Assembly (NCBI GenBank): GCA_964016885.1
Contig: OZ024752.1
Location: 4,836,001-4,900,000, forward strand
Length of the DNA stretch: 64,000 bases
Direction of reading: 5' to 3'
From: Eledone cirrhosa
Taxonomy: Eukaryota
Within the stretch, counting starts at the first letter, position 1. Each line of letters starts with the position of its first letter. Below are positions 52,971-64,000 of this stretch, one piece after another. The notes under the pieces are model-generated. The model had not been told where the DNA came from. It saw only the letters and a list, made by a program, of their open reading frames with translations, and searched no databases. The translations under genes were made by a program, and so were the position numbers.

Positions 52971-53762
52971 ATTCATATATATATATATATATATAGAGAG
53001 CCATCTTTCTTTATATAATAGGCTGAATGAATTGGTGGTGTATAACCTAATGAAACTTACGTACCTGTATATGTCACTGTTGTAACTAATTATATATCAT
53101 CAATTAATGTCCATCTTCCACATTAGCATGGGTTAGATGGGTTGCATCATGGTCTTTGTCATCATTTTTAAGTTGATTTTTTTCCAAGACTAGCATAGGC
53201 AGGATGAGGTTTGTTGAGGCAGTTTTCTACTGTTAAACCACCATCCTGATGCCAACTCTTACCTGCTTCTCTTTTTAAGTAAGGTACTGTTTTGCACATC
53301 AAACTTGTGTCACAATACTTTTCTTTATGCAGGTGATAAAGAAATTTCACTATTTGCACAAGGTTCTACAGGGTAGGATAGAACTGAATCAAGTTGCTTT
53401 TGAAGCAAACTAATTCATGGTCTTGGGATTCAACCAGATCCCTCTAATTAAACCACAGCTGTAGAGATCTCTCACTCTTTTGGCCATATACTGATATTTA
53501 TAAGTTATTTGTAATGTCGCTTCTTTCTTCCACTTAAACTAGAATATATATATATATATCATCTCCCTATTTTCCTTCGGCTGTAACATTTTTCGAAATA
53601 TTTACTTCTGCATCCAAAGATTGATTTATTTAGTTTCAGAAGATACCGTTAAGCAGCGATTCTTTGCTTAAACTTTAATCTCTTCTTATAATAAATATTT
53701 GCTCTATGGGTTTATATATATATATATATATATAATCCTTATCGAGCCTTCACATTTATTAT

Positions 53763-53798
<36 letters not shown>

Positions 53799-54049
53799 TG
53801 GGAGGAAACATAATAGTACCACTGATGATGTCACAGATGTGTGATGAAAGAACTTTGATAGACTATAAACATATATTTATATATGTATTTGTAACCGTTC
53901 GTCAATCAATGATAAACATTGATTGCCAGATAAATTAACTATGGAGATATAAAAGATACAGAAGCGAAAACCAACCCAAACCAAACAGTGAGTGTGTACT
54001 GTTATTATTTCTGGCAATATTATAACAATATATATATAGTATAGATCCA

Positions 54050-55340
54050 GTGTCATTGTCTTAGAGAGGTGTAGGTGAGCAAGTCACCTTGTCCCAGGTT
54101 TTTCTTGGTTTACCCACTCTGTAGCTTCCATCAATTTTCATTGCCCTGCACTTTTTTTATACAGCTGTCATCCTTCATACGCATCACATGTCCATACCAA
54201 CGCAGTCTCCTTTCCAGAACACAACATTTGATACTTCTTATGCTTAGTCTCCCTCTTAATTTATTTATGCTTCGCCTTTCGTGCACATTACTATTACACA
54301 TCCATCGGAGCATGAGAGCTTCATTTCTTTCTAATCTATGCAATACCCATGTCTCACTACCATGTAATATCGCCGTTCGTATACATGCATCATACAATCT
54401 GCCTTTCATTTTTAGAGAAAAACCCGTTGTGACCAACAGCGGTATAAGCTCTCTGAACTTTTTCCATCCCACTCTAAATCTGGCTACTACACTTTCAGAG
54501 CACCTTCCTCCACTGCTGATTTTGTCACCCAGGTAACGGAAGGTGTCGTTTATTTCTATAGAACCATCTGGGCAGTTGAAGGAGATATCTTCCAGTGGGT
54601 CCTTGATACTTACTGCACCTGAGCATCGGCCACATATCTACATTCTTAGATAGCTTACCTCTGATCCCACTACATCTTTTATGTACCCATAGTTTGCATT
54701 TGGGACATAGAATGGAGTTTATGCCTACTCCTTTCTTACACACTGAGCAAGGCCATTTCCCAGAGGGTACCAGTGCCCTATTCTCCTTTCCACATACTAG
54801 AACCTTAGTCTTAGACGAATTGACTCTAAGGCCTTTTGATTCTAGGCCATGCTTCCATGTTTGGAACTTCCTCTCTAGTTCAACCATGGATTCAGCTATG
54901 AGAGTTAGATCATCTGCATATACAAGTTCCCATGGGCAGCCAGTCTTAAACCCTTCTGTTATAGCCTGGGGGACAATAATAAACAGGCAGGGGGGCTAAG
55001 AACGGAGCCCTGGTGAACCCCCACTAAATTCATCTCCATATTCATCGTTAATTCTAACCTTGCTGACTGTTCCTCTATACATGGCTTGTATAGCTCTCAC
55101 AAGCCATTCTTCCACTCCTAGTTTTCTAAAGCCCACCAGATTAAGGTGCATGGAACTCTGTCAAAGGCTTTCTCCAGGTCAACAAAAGCTAAGTTTACTG
55201 TTAGCTAGGTACTCCTCCTGTAATTGCTGTACAAGGAAAAGAGCATCCGTGGTACTTTTACCTGGCACAAACCCAAACTGCATTTCATCTAGACCAATTT
55301 GGTCTCTAATCAGTTGAGTATTAACTCTTTCTGTGACTTA
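54050..55340 (-). mobile_element. RTE-clade LINE RT/C-terminal fragment
   Basis: GLRVNSSKTKVL...WPCSVCKKGVGINSILCPKCKLWVHKRCSG; RRLRWYGHVMRM; frameshifted. Confidence 0.88.
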
Positions 55341-57020
55341 TATATGTATATATGTGTGTATGTATATATAGCTACACTAATTGAACGATGGACTTTTTAA
55401 AACAAAGTTATACCTGCATCTCTACTTATGTGTGTGGGGGGTGTATATATATGTATATATATATGGGAGATACAGTTTCAATTCCTCATAGCAGCCAATG
55501 GCAACTTCTTTTGCCATCTTTAAGGGTCTTCACCCTATTTTCTAACATCTCCACATATGAGCACACCACTTTATTTATATGTGTGTGGCTGTAAAACTGA
55601 TGATAGTGCTATATTGTTAATCAACAATATATTTACATAGCAACTTATTCCCTGCACAATAGAGAAGTAACTTGACCAGTTTCTATACAGACCTCTTATT
55701 CATTACAAATACTGGGGAAGACCTCCATTGCAACTCCTTTAACAATGTTATCTGACCAATGGGGATTAACAAGAAAATTGACTATATTCAATATCTCCAA
55801 CAGTTCATTCATATCTTTGACACCTGAATGCTTGCACAGAACAAAGAAACTACTCACAAATAACTTTCGACCAAATCATCCGCTTTGAATGTATAACTAA
55901 ACTCGCATGTATTGTGTACTTTTACTCCCAAATGGGCTGGGCTGCATATATATATATATATATATATATATAAGTAGAAGGGATATTTAATTTGTTGGAA
56001 ATTCAACAAATATAAATGTTTATAACTGATTCAGAGCACTTGACAGATTTCTGGAGTAAATATTAAATGATATTAAATAAATGGAAACTATTAATAGGAA
56101 AAGAAAATCCATAATACAATTCTTCAACCTTAACTTAGAAATAGAGAATAACTATAAAATCGTTAACTTTTTAGACGTAACATTAAACCTTAGGCTTTAT
56201 TATCCTTTCCATAAAATTAATGAGAATCTAAATTACGTAAGTTTTAACTCTAATCATCCTAGATCTATTAAGAACACTATTGTCAATAGCGTCCAACAAC
56301 GAATTTCACGCATCTCTGCTAATAAAAATATTTTTGATGATAAGGCTGAATATTATAATGAAGCTTTAAATAGAGCAGGGTATTCGAATAAAATTAAATA
56401 TATTGACAACAATAACATGGAAAAATCACCCTAGTATTAATTATAATAATAATAAACAATTTAACTTAAACTCTAAAACAAACAAAAGAACTAGAACTAG
56501 AAATATTATTTGGTACTCACCCCCATTCTCATTAAGCATTAAAACACCTTTAGCAAAGATATTCTTTAAAGAACTAGACAAATGTTTTCCTAAAGCCCAC
56601 AGATACCACCCAATCTTTAACAGACATACTATAAAACTATCCTACTGAACATAGCACAAAATATAAATAGAATTAATAATAGAAACTTAAATTTAAACCC
56701 TAACCAAAATAACCATAATAGCAATAATAATATTTCTAGCAATATCCAACCTAATAGTACCGTTCTGAGCAACAACAACCCCGTAAAATGTAACTGTAGA
56801 ATCAAATCAAACTGCCCTTTACAAAACAAGTGTTTAGATAAAAACATAGTCTATAAATGCACAGTTAAAACTAGTGATAATATGTTTAACTATGTCAGTG
56901 CCACTTCTACAAAATTTAAAGATCGCTGGAATAACCACAATCACTTTTCAGAAGATCTGATGAAAAATCTTCTACTTCTCTTTCACATCTTATATGGAAC
57001 TTAAAAAGCAAGAATATAGT

Positions 57021-57363
57021 GGAGGCACATGGCTTAGTGGTTAGAGCATTGGCCTTGCAATCGAAAGGTTGTGAGTTCAATTCTCAGACCGGGTGATGTG
57101 TTGTTTCCTTGAGCAAGACACTTTATTTCACATTGCTCCAGTTTACTCAGCTGTAGAAATGAGATGATAGGACTGGGGTCCATATCATTCCACTGCAAAG
57201 TGGTCATGGAGGTACCACGGCAAAAAAGCACCCAGCACTCACTGTAAATGAGGTTGGTGTTAGGAAGGGCACCCAGCTGTAGAAATCAAGCCAGAATCAG
57301 TTCCCGTCCCACCCTTGCAAGCAGGGAAAAGCGGACGTAAAATGATGATGATGATGATGATGA
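57021..57363 (+). mobile_element. SINE family B inserted in the Penelope GIY-YIG region
   Basis: Near-identical to 43413-43753; removing it restores ...SKNI|DYSISW...; atag on both sides. Confidence 0.88.
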
Positions 57364-58762
57364 TAGACTATTCAATATCTTGGAAAACGATTTCGAAAGC
57401 ACCTGTGTACCGAAACATGGCTTTATCAAAATTTTGTAAATTGTGTATTGAAGAAATTTATATAATTAACTGTCAAAACTCTATTAATCTCAGAGCAGAA
57501 TTATTTAATTCTTGCAGACATCGCCAAAATTCTACATTCAGAACTATGTGTAACTTATAATATTCCTATAAATCTTCAAAATGATCCTATCTTTTTTTTT
57601 TTTTTTAATATTTTTAATATATTTATTTACGCTTTAATTTATATTTTTAATTATCGTGTCTATACTCTGCCTTTCATAGGTTATAGATTCCATACACTGG
57701 TGGTTTTTCCCTGTTTTATTGATAAAATCATAATATCTCTAATATCTGTAGTACTTTCACCTTCAGCAAAAATTTCTTATAATATATATATATATATTTA
57801 TTTATATATATATATGTGTATAGATATTTATGTATATCTATATAACTTTAATTTTAATTTTTTAATCTTTTAATTTTTTTATTTTTTTTATTTTTTAATT
57901 CTTTATTTTTCCAATGACACCCTCTAAAGCTATTTTTTTAAACATAGATTAATAACCATTAACTGATTTTAGAAAATGTATCCTATTCAAGACGATGTTT
58001 AAACATTCATATTTCTTTCAACTAAATAATTAATTAATCTCACACTAACGATTAACAAATAAAATCGGAGTTATCTTTCCTTTTAATCATATAACTTATT
58101 ATACCTAACTGTTAATTTTATTTAAAACATTCTCAGTGCTGAACAAGTTATCCAAATATATAAATTCATAATTTTAACTATTTATTTACATAAAATACAA
58201 AATCAACATCCCTCGTAACTCATATTAAGAACAACCACCCAAAACTTGAACTACTTATTTATTTATCTACATAAAACACATAATCAACACCCTCGTAACG
58301 CATATTATAAACAACTAATAATTGCAAATTATCTTTTTAATAAAAATACATATGCTATTATTAAAATATATATAGATATTTATATATTTAACCCACTACA
58401 ATATTATAATAAGATAAATACTTACAAACATAATTCTCCATATAATTATAGGTAAATATTCGAATTTTTCCCCCAAATTAACGTATATAAGTGGTCTTCT
58501 TCCTTTTTCCTTTTTCCTTCTTTTTCCTTTTTCTTTTTTTCTTTTTTTCTTTTTTTCTTTCTCTCTTATTATTATATATCTAAACTTTCCATAGCGTTTA
58601 AAATAACGGTTTTTCAATAATATAACTCAACCTTATTTACATATTCATTTTCATATTCATCCATAAGTTTGAAATATCCGTTCTTTAATCTCACTACCCA
58701 AAGAAAATTCAACTGATAAGGTATGGTTTCCTTGACTATGTCAAAATTTATAAAACACTGTA

Positions 58763-58824
58763 TATTTTATCTGATGAAAGCGTACCAAAGTTTTTGGTAC
58801 CCTTGAAATATATATAATAGAATA
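58763..58824 (+). ncRNA. Minimal type I hammerhead ribozyme in a Penelope-like pseudo-LTR
   Basis: tattttat-CTGATGA-aagcgtaccaaa..tttggtaccctt-GAAA-tatata-TA-atagaata; at the 3' end of the GIY-YIG element. Confidence 0.75.
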
Positions 58825-58863
58825 AATATGGTTTTAAAAATATAGTTTCCATTTATTTAATAT

Positions 58864-58912
<49 letters not shown>

Positions 58913-59273
58913 AACATACATATGTATATGTGTATGTATGTTTGTGTGTATATATGTGTAACTGTGTATCTGGTAAGGTGTTTTATTCTTGTTGCTTATT
59001 CTGAGATAGAATGCATATCCATGTGTGTATATGTATGCTTATATGAGTATGTGGTGTGTGTATGTATATATATATATATATACATACACACATAATCATG
59101 ATATACTTATATCTTCTTTACATATATGCATATATGTGCATATATACAAGGCATACATATGCTGTTTTGTAATTACATGAAACTTATATGTATGTAAATA
59201 CAAACAGCCACTCAAACAAACACATTGAAAGAGAAGATTCTAATTAGTTGTGTGTGTTGTGTATTCATTACAG

Positions 59274-59401
59274 GTCTCATCTGTTGGATAATGGTAATTT
59301 ACTGATTGAAGAAGCAGAAGTTAGTGATGATGGCTTGTACATATGCCAGGCAGAAAATTCAGTTGGTGTATCAGAAGCTGTTGCAAAACTCACTGTGCAT
59401 G
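59274..59401 (+). CDS. robo: Robo-like receptor exon, C-terminal half of Ig domain 3 (phase 2-1, 128 nt)
   Basis: ttacag acceptor, g|gtaagt donor. SHLLDNGNLLIEEAEVSDDGLYICQAENSVGVSEAVAKLTVH completes the I-set domain (D.G.Y.C.AEN.VG); phase matches the previous exon (cg+g = Arg). Confidence 0.92.
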
Positions 59402-60978
59402 GTAAGTATTACTTGTATATGATATATATATTTATATATCATCATCATCATCGTTTAATGTCCATCTTCCATGCTAGCATGGGTTAGATAGGTTTGTCCC
59501 ACTTGAGGCAAGATTGGTTGAGTGACCACACTTCGCTTGTATAGAACTGTTTCTGGCTGGTTTTCTACAGCTGGATGCCCTTCCTAACGCCATATATATA
59601 TATACCGTTATAGAGGTATTTATTTACGCTTTAATTTATATTTTTAATTATCGTGTCTATACTCTGCCTTTCATAGGTTATAGATTCCATACACTGGTGG
59701 TTTTTCCCTGTTTTATTGATAACGCACTGTATCTCTCTCTAGTGTGTTACCTTTTCAACATTTGTATATATATATATGTGTGTGTGGGTGAGTTTGTATT
59801 TGCACACATGCACACATATATGGGTATTTGTATATACATATTTCTATGTATACATATGCATATATATGTCCATAAGAACATATTTTAGTATTATGATGGC
59901 TGCAACTCAATTTCGAGTAACGCCATCGCTTAATACTTAAGCATGAGCCTTACAGATGTGCCTTTTTAGTCCTGCTAGGGACTTGCCTATGGTCAGCAAT
60001 ACCATGCATCCCCAAAAATGTGACATATCAAGCGATACCTGTGCTTGAAGCTTTTTTAAGTGAGGAAAGACTTTGCATGGGGTCAATCCCTCTCTCTGAA
60101 CATTGAATGCATTTACCCCAATAGAAGAACATTGGATGGAAATGAAGTCACAGCTTTTATACCAGAGAGACTTTCTAGAGAGATGTCTTAATGAAGACTA
60201 GGAGCCTTTCGCTCCACCAAAAATTAAAAAATCCTTATTGGATGGTTGTTGATTCTCCTGAGTTCCCCTGCCCTTTAGTATCATATATATATATATACAC
60301 ACACACATACAAACATATATATACACACACTCACACAGATATATACACATATACATACATATAATTATTCCATTTACCAAAGGTTTCATGAAGAAACCTC
60401 TGTTGAGGTCGCCTGTCTTCGTATACACACACATATACATATATGTGTGTATGTGGATTGTTGATGGACATGAGAAAAAACATTCAATTCAAAAGTAAAG
60501 TTTAAATATTCAATTAATGTTATTAATTTTTCTCAAACACCAATTACCAGGTGCCCTGGGTTAAACCACACTGCAGTTTAATGATACTCAACTACATTGA
60601 AAATTATGTCTTTTCTTTCTTAGGTCTACATATGATAGTTTTCTCTAAGGATTATTTGAAAGCAAGCCTTGGTGTTATCCAATTATCTTGCTTGAGGTCT
60701 ACCCCTGGGTTTCTTGCCGGTCGGTTTTGCCCATAAAATTAGTTCAGTGATTCTTTCCTGAGACATTCTAACCACATGCCCATATTATCGGAATTGATTC
60801 TGATAAAGCTAGTCTAGGCTAGGTGGTGGTGTTAAACCAGGCAATGGATCAAGTCTACTACTACCCAAGTACAGACTGGTAAGATTTGAACTCAGTAGGA
60901 ATAAGACGATTCTACCGGTACTTGATTTTAGTGACCCTGAGTGGATAAAAGGCAAAATTGGCCTCAGCAGGGTTTGAA

Positions 60979-61260
60979 GCACGGTGCTCCTGTGGTTGCT
61001 GCAGACGAGTTTGTCGCACTTCTGTTTCCAGAAGCAGACGATAATGTCTCAGGTCCAGTCATTTGGGAGCTACTCTGACACCCATACATAGTTGATGATA
61101 CGGGTGAGCCACTAGATCAGGTTATCTCTGTCTTCCTTCAATATCTCCGTGATGATAGTGCAGATTCCAAGAGCTTTGTGGTTTTTGAGCTTCAGTGTAG
61201 CTCTGACGTCATCAGGAGTGACAAGATCAAGTCTGGAATCGTTGGCTTAGGATGACCCCA
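60979..61260 (-). mobile_element. LINE RT N-terminal fragment inserted in an old SINE
   Basis: Minus strand LKLKNHKALG...EILK...LPNDW..IIV..K.K.D..CSNHR; SINE halves flank it at about 60910-60978 and 61285-61360. Confidence 0.6.
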
Positions 61261-62804
61261 GCCTTGTCGAGCAAGAGGAAAAAGAGTTTAAACTCAGAGC
61301 ACAAACACTCGGAACAAATACTGCAAGGCATTTTGTGCTAGATTCTAACAACTCTGCCAGTTTACCATTTCTAGAAATCATATGCTATTAATTACAGAAT
61401 CCTTCCTATTGTATATGGTAAATCTCCTTCAATATATTCACTCTCCTTTCATATAAATGTTGATTTAATGTCAACATTAAATATACAGCCATGATATATT
61501 CATCTGTCCAAAATCAAATCTATTATAGAATAGCCCTTTTCTTGGTGTGAAGTAGAGTCACTCATTCATGCATCTTTTTCTTTCTTGCTTTTTTTTTCAC
61601 TATCACTATTTTCTCTCCCATTTTAAAACAAATCTTATCTCTCCTTTATCTCTATCTGTAGTTTTGTATTAATATTGCCCCCCACTCCTCTCATTGTCTC
61701 GTCCTTTCTCTTTTTTCTCTCTTCTGCACACGCTTTCTCCAGATATTTCTCACTCACTATTTATCTTTTCCATACACATACATAAACATACACACACATA
61801 TACAATATACACACATGTACATACATACTCACACACATACACGCATGCATACATACATAAGCACACACATGTATACATACATACATTTACACATGAAAGT
61901 TAAACACATATAAGTACAGTAGATTTAAAATGCTCTCACATTCACATAAGCACGTAGCACATTGGATTAGAAACCTATTCTAAATTATCAGATTATTTAT
62001 TAATATAATGAATATAAAAAAAGCAAATCACATAAATATAAAGAAGAAAATAAAAATTAAAAAAAAGATTAACAAACAAATGAACAACTAGAACAAAATA
62101 AAAACATATTTGAAGCTTGCAACTCATGAAAGCAAATATCACATATCTATATATGGTTATAGAGCAATGTTGGAAAATTATAAAGGGAAACCTTGAAAAT
62201 GTGGATGCTTCAAAGTATTTTGGTTGTCAAAAAAATTCTCTGAGATTTTGTAAGCACAAATGGATTAGATGAAAGAGTGAAATACTATACAACAAATTGA
62301 AAAATGTTGTATGTAAACGATACTGTTCTGAGGAAATAGCATAAGATCTCACAGAGGAAATGTCAAATTATCTTTTCATTTATTTCACACGATTATATTA
62401 TTTGAAAAATAAGTGATGTATAAGATACAGATGACCTTGTGAAAAATTTAAACTGCATTTCTGTTTGCCGGTTAGAATTTCTACAACATGAAATTCTATC
62501 CAATATTATTGAAAACTGCCAAAAGTCATCTAAACAAAATAGGGGGGAAAAGGCTACAAATAAATATAAATTCAAAACCCAATAAAAAAACCAACAATCC
62601 CAAAAAAGAAACTGAAGAAAGCAATAAAATAAATAAAAAGGATTTTGTTCAGCTGACATTTTTGATTAATTTCTCCTATTAATTGTTTAGAGGGTGTACA
62701 TTTTTTGGCATTAATGTATTTGGTGTCGAAGTCAAGAGGGATATAGAATTTAGGGTGCTACAGATATTGCTACTGTGACATGTTGCTTTCACTGTAAATA
62801 TGTT

Positions 62805-64000
62805 TGTTATTGGGGTAGTATGTACCTTTCACTGTCAGTATATTTAATATTGGGGTAATGTCCTTCACTGTTAATATATTTAATATTGGGGTAATGTCCT
62901 TCACTACTAATATATTTGATGTTGGGGTAACGTCCTTCACTGCTAATATATTTGATGTTGGGGTAATGTCCTTCACTGCTAATATATTTAATATTGGGGT
63001 AATGTCCTTCACTGCTAATATATTTGATGTTGGGGTAATGTCCTTCACTGCTAATATATTTGATGTTGGGGTAATGTCCTTCACTGCTAATATATTTGAT
63101 GTTGGGGTAACGTCCTTCACTACTAATATATTTGATGTTGGGGTAATGTCCTTCACTGCTAATATATTTGATGTTGGGGTAATGTCCTTCACTGCTAATA
63201 TATTTGATGTTGGGGTAACGTCCTTCACTGCTAATATATTTGATGTTGGGGTAATGTCCTTCACTGCTAATATATTTGATGTTGGGGTAACGTCCTTCAC
63301 TGCTAATATATTTGATGTTGGGGTAATGTCCTTCACTGCTAATATATTTGATGTTGGGGTAACGTCCTTCACTACTAATATATTTGATGTTGGGGTAACG
63401 TCCTTCACTGCTAATATATTTGATGTTGGGGTAACGTCCTTCACTGCTAATATATTTGATGTTGGGGTAACGTCCTTCACTGCTAATATATTTGATGTTG
63501 GGGTAACGTCCTTCACTACTAATATATTTGATGTTGGGGTAACGTCCTTCACTGCTAATATATTTGATGTTGGGGTAATGTCCTTCACTGCTAATATATT
63601 TGATGTTGGAGTAACGTCCTTCACTACTAATATATTTGATGTTGGGGTAACATCCTTCACTGCTAATATATTTGATGTTGGGGTAATGTCCTTCACTGCT
63701 AATATATTTGATGTTGGGGTAACGTCCTTCACTGCTAATATATTTGATGTTGGGGTAATGTCCTTCACTACTAATATATTTGATGTTGGGGTAATGTCCT
63801 TCACTACTAATATATTTGATGTTGGGGTAATGTCCTTCACTGCTAATATATTTGATGTTGGGGTAACATCCTTCACTGCTAATATATTTGATGTTGGGGT
63901 AATGTCCTTCACTGCTAATATATTTGATGTTGGGGTAACGTCCTTCACTGCTAATATATTTGATGTTGGGGTAATGTCCTTCACTACTAATATATTTGAT
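62805..64000. repeat. 36-bp minisatellite, more than 30 copies, running off the window end
   Basis: gtccttcactgctaatatatttgatgttggggtaa(t/c). Confidence 0.95.

Larger units (their letters stand above)
55982..58868 (+). mobile_element. 5'-truncated Penelope-like element (RT thumb + linker + GIY-YIG, disrupted) with inverted pseudo-LTR
   Basis: VNFLDVTLNL...SNHPRSIK...EALNRAGY; IIWYSPPFS...IFNRHTIKLSY; CNCRIKSNCPLQNKCL..NIVYKC; CKLCIEE...CRH. The 5' end (aatgatattaaataaatggaaacta) is the reverse complement of the 3' end; a hammerhead lies at the 3' end. Confidence 0.88.

Noticed and set aside
62770-63984. 404-aa ORF (KDITPTSNILAV)n
   Set aside because: 36-bp tandem repeat open by chance; no splice or domain support.

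Overview
AT-rich, microsatellite-dense eukaryotic DNA. The SINE/LINE content and (TA)n/(CA)n/(GAT)n load look cephalopod (octopus-like); this is an inference. The window lies inside a + strand Roundabout (Robo)-type Ig receptor gene. Three exons (34846-35124, 49608-49746, 59274-59401) splice in frame to give Ig2 and Ig3, separated by introns of 14,483 and 9,527 bp; I found no Ig1 exon in the 34.8 kb upstream. The rest is intronic: two tRNA-derived SINE families, RTE and CR1-type LINE relics, Penelope-like (GIY-YIG) relics, hAT/Tc1-mariner/piggyBac-like MITEs, a non-autonomous Helitron, a tRNA-Ala-like sequence and many minisatellites. Nearly all long ORFs in the track are repeat artefacts. The most striking unannotated signal is about a dozen minimal type I hammerhead ribozyme motifs on both strands, including a 392-bp near-perfect palindrome with one hammerhead in each arm. 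Also notable are a tRNA-Ala + CR1-tail candidate mini-SINE and minisatellites that arose from a SINE head and from a LINE inversion junction.
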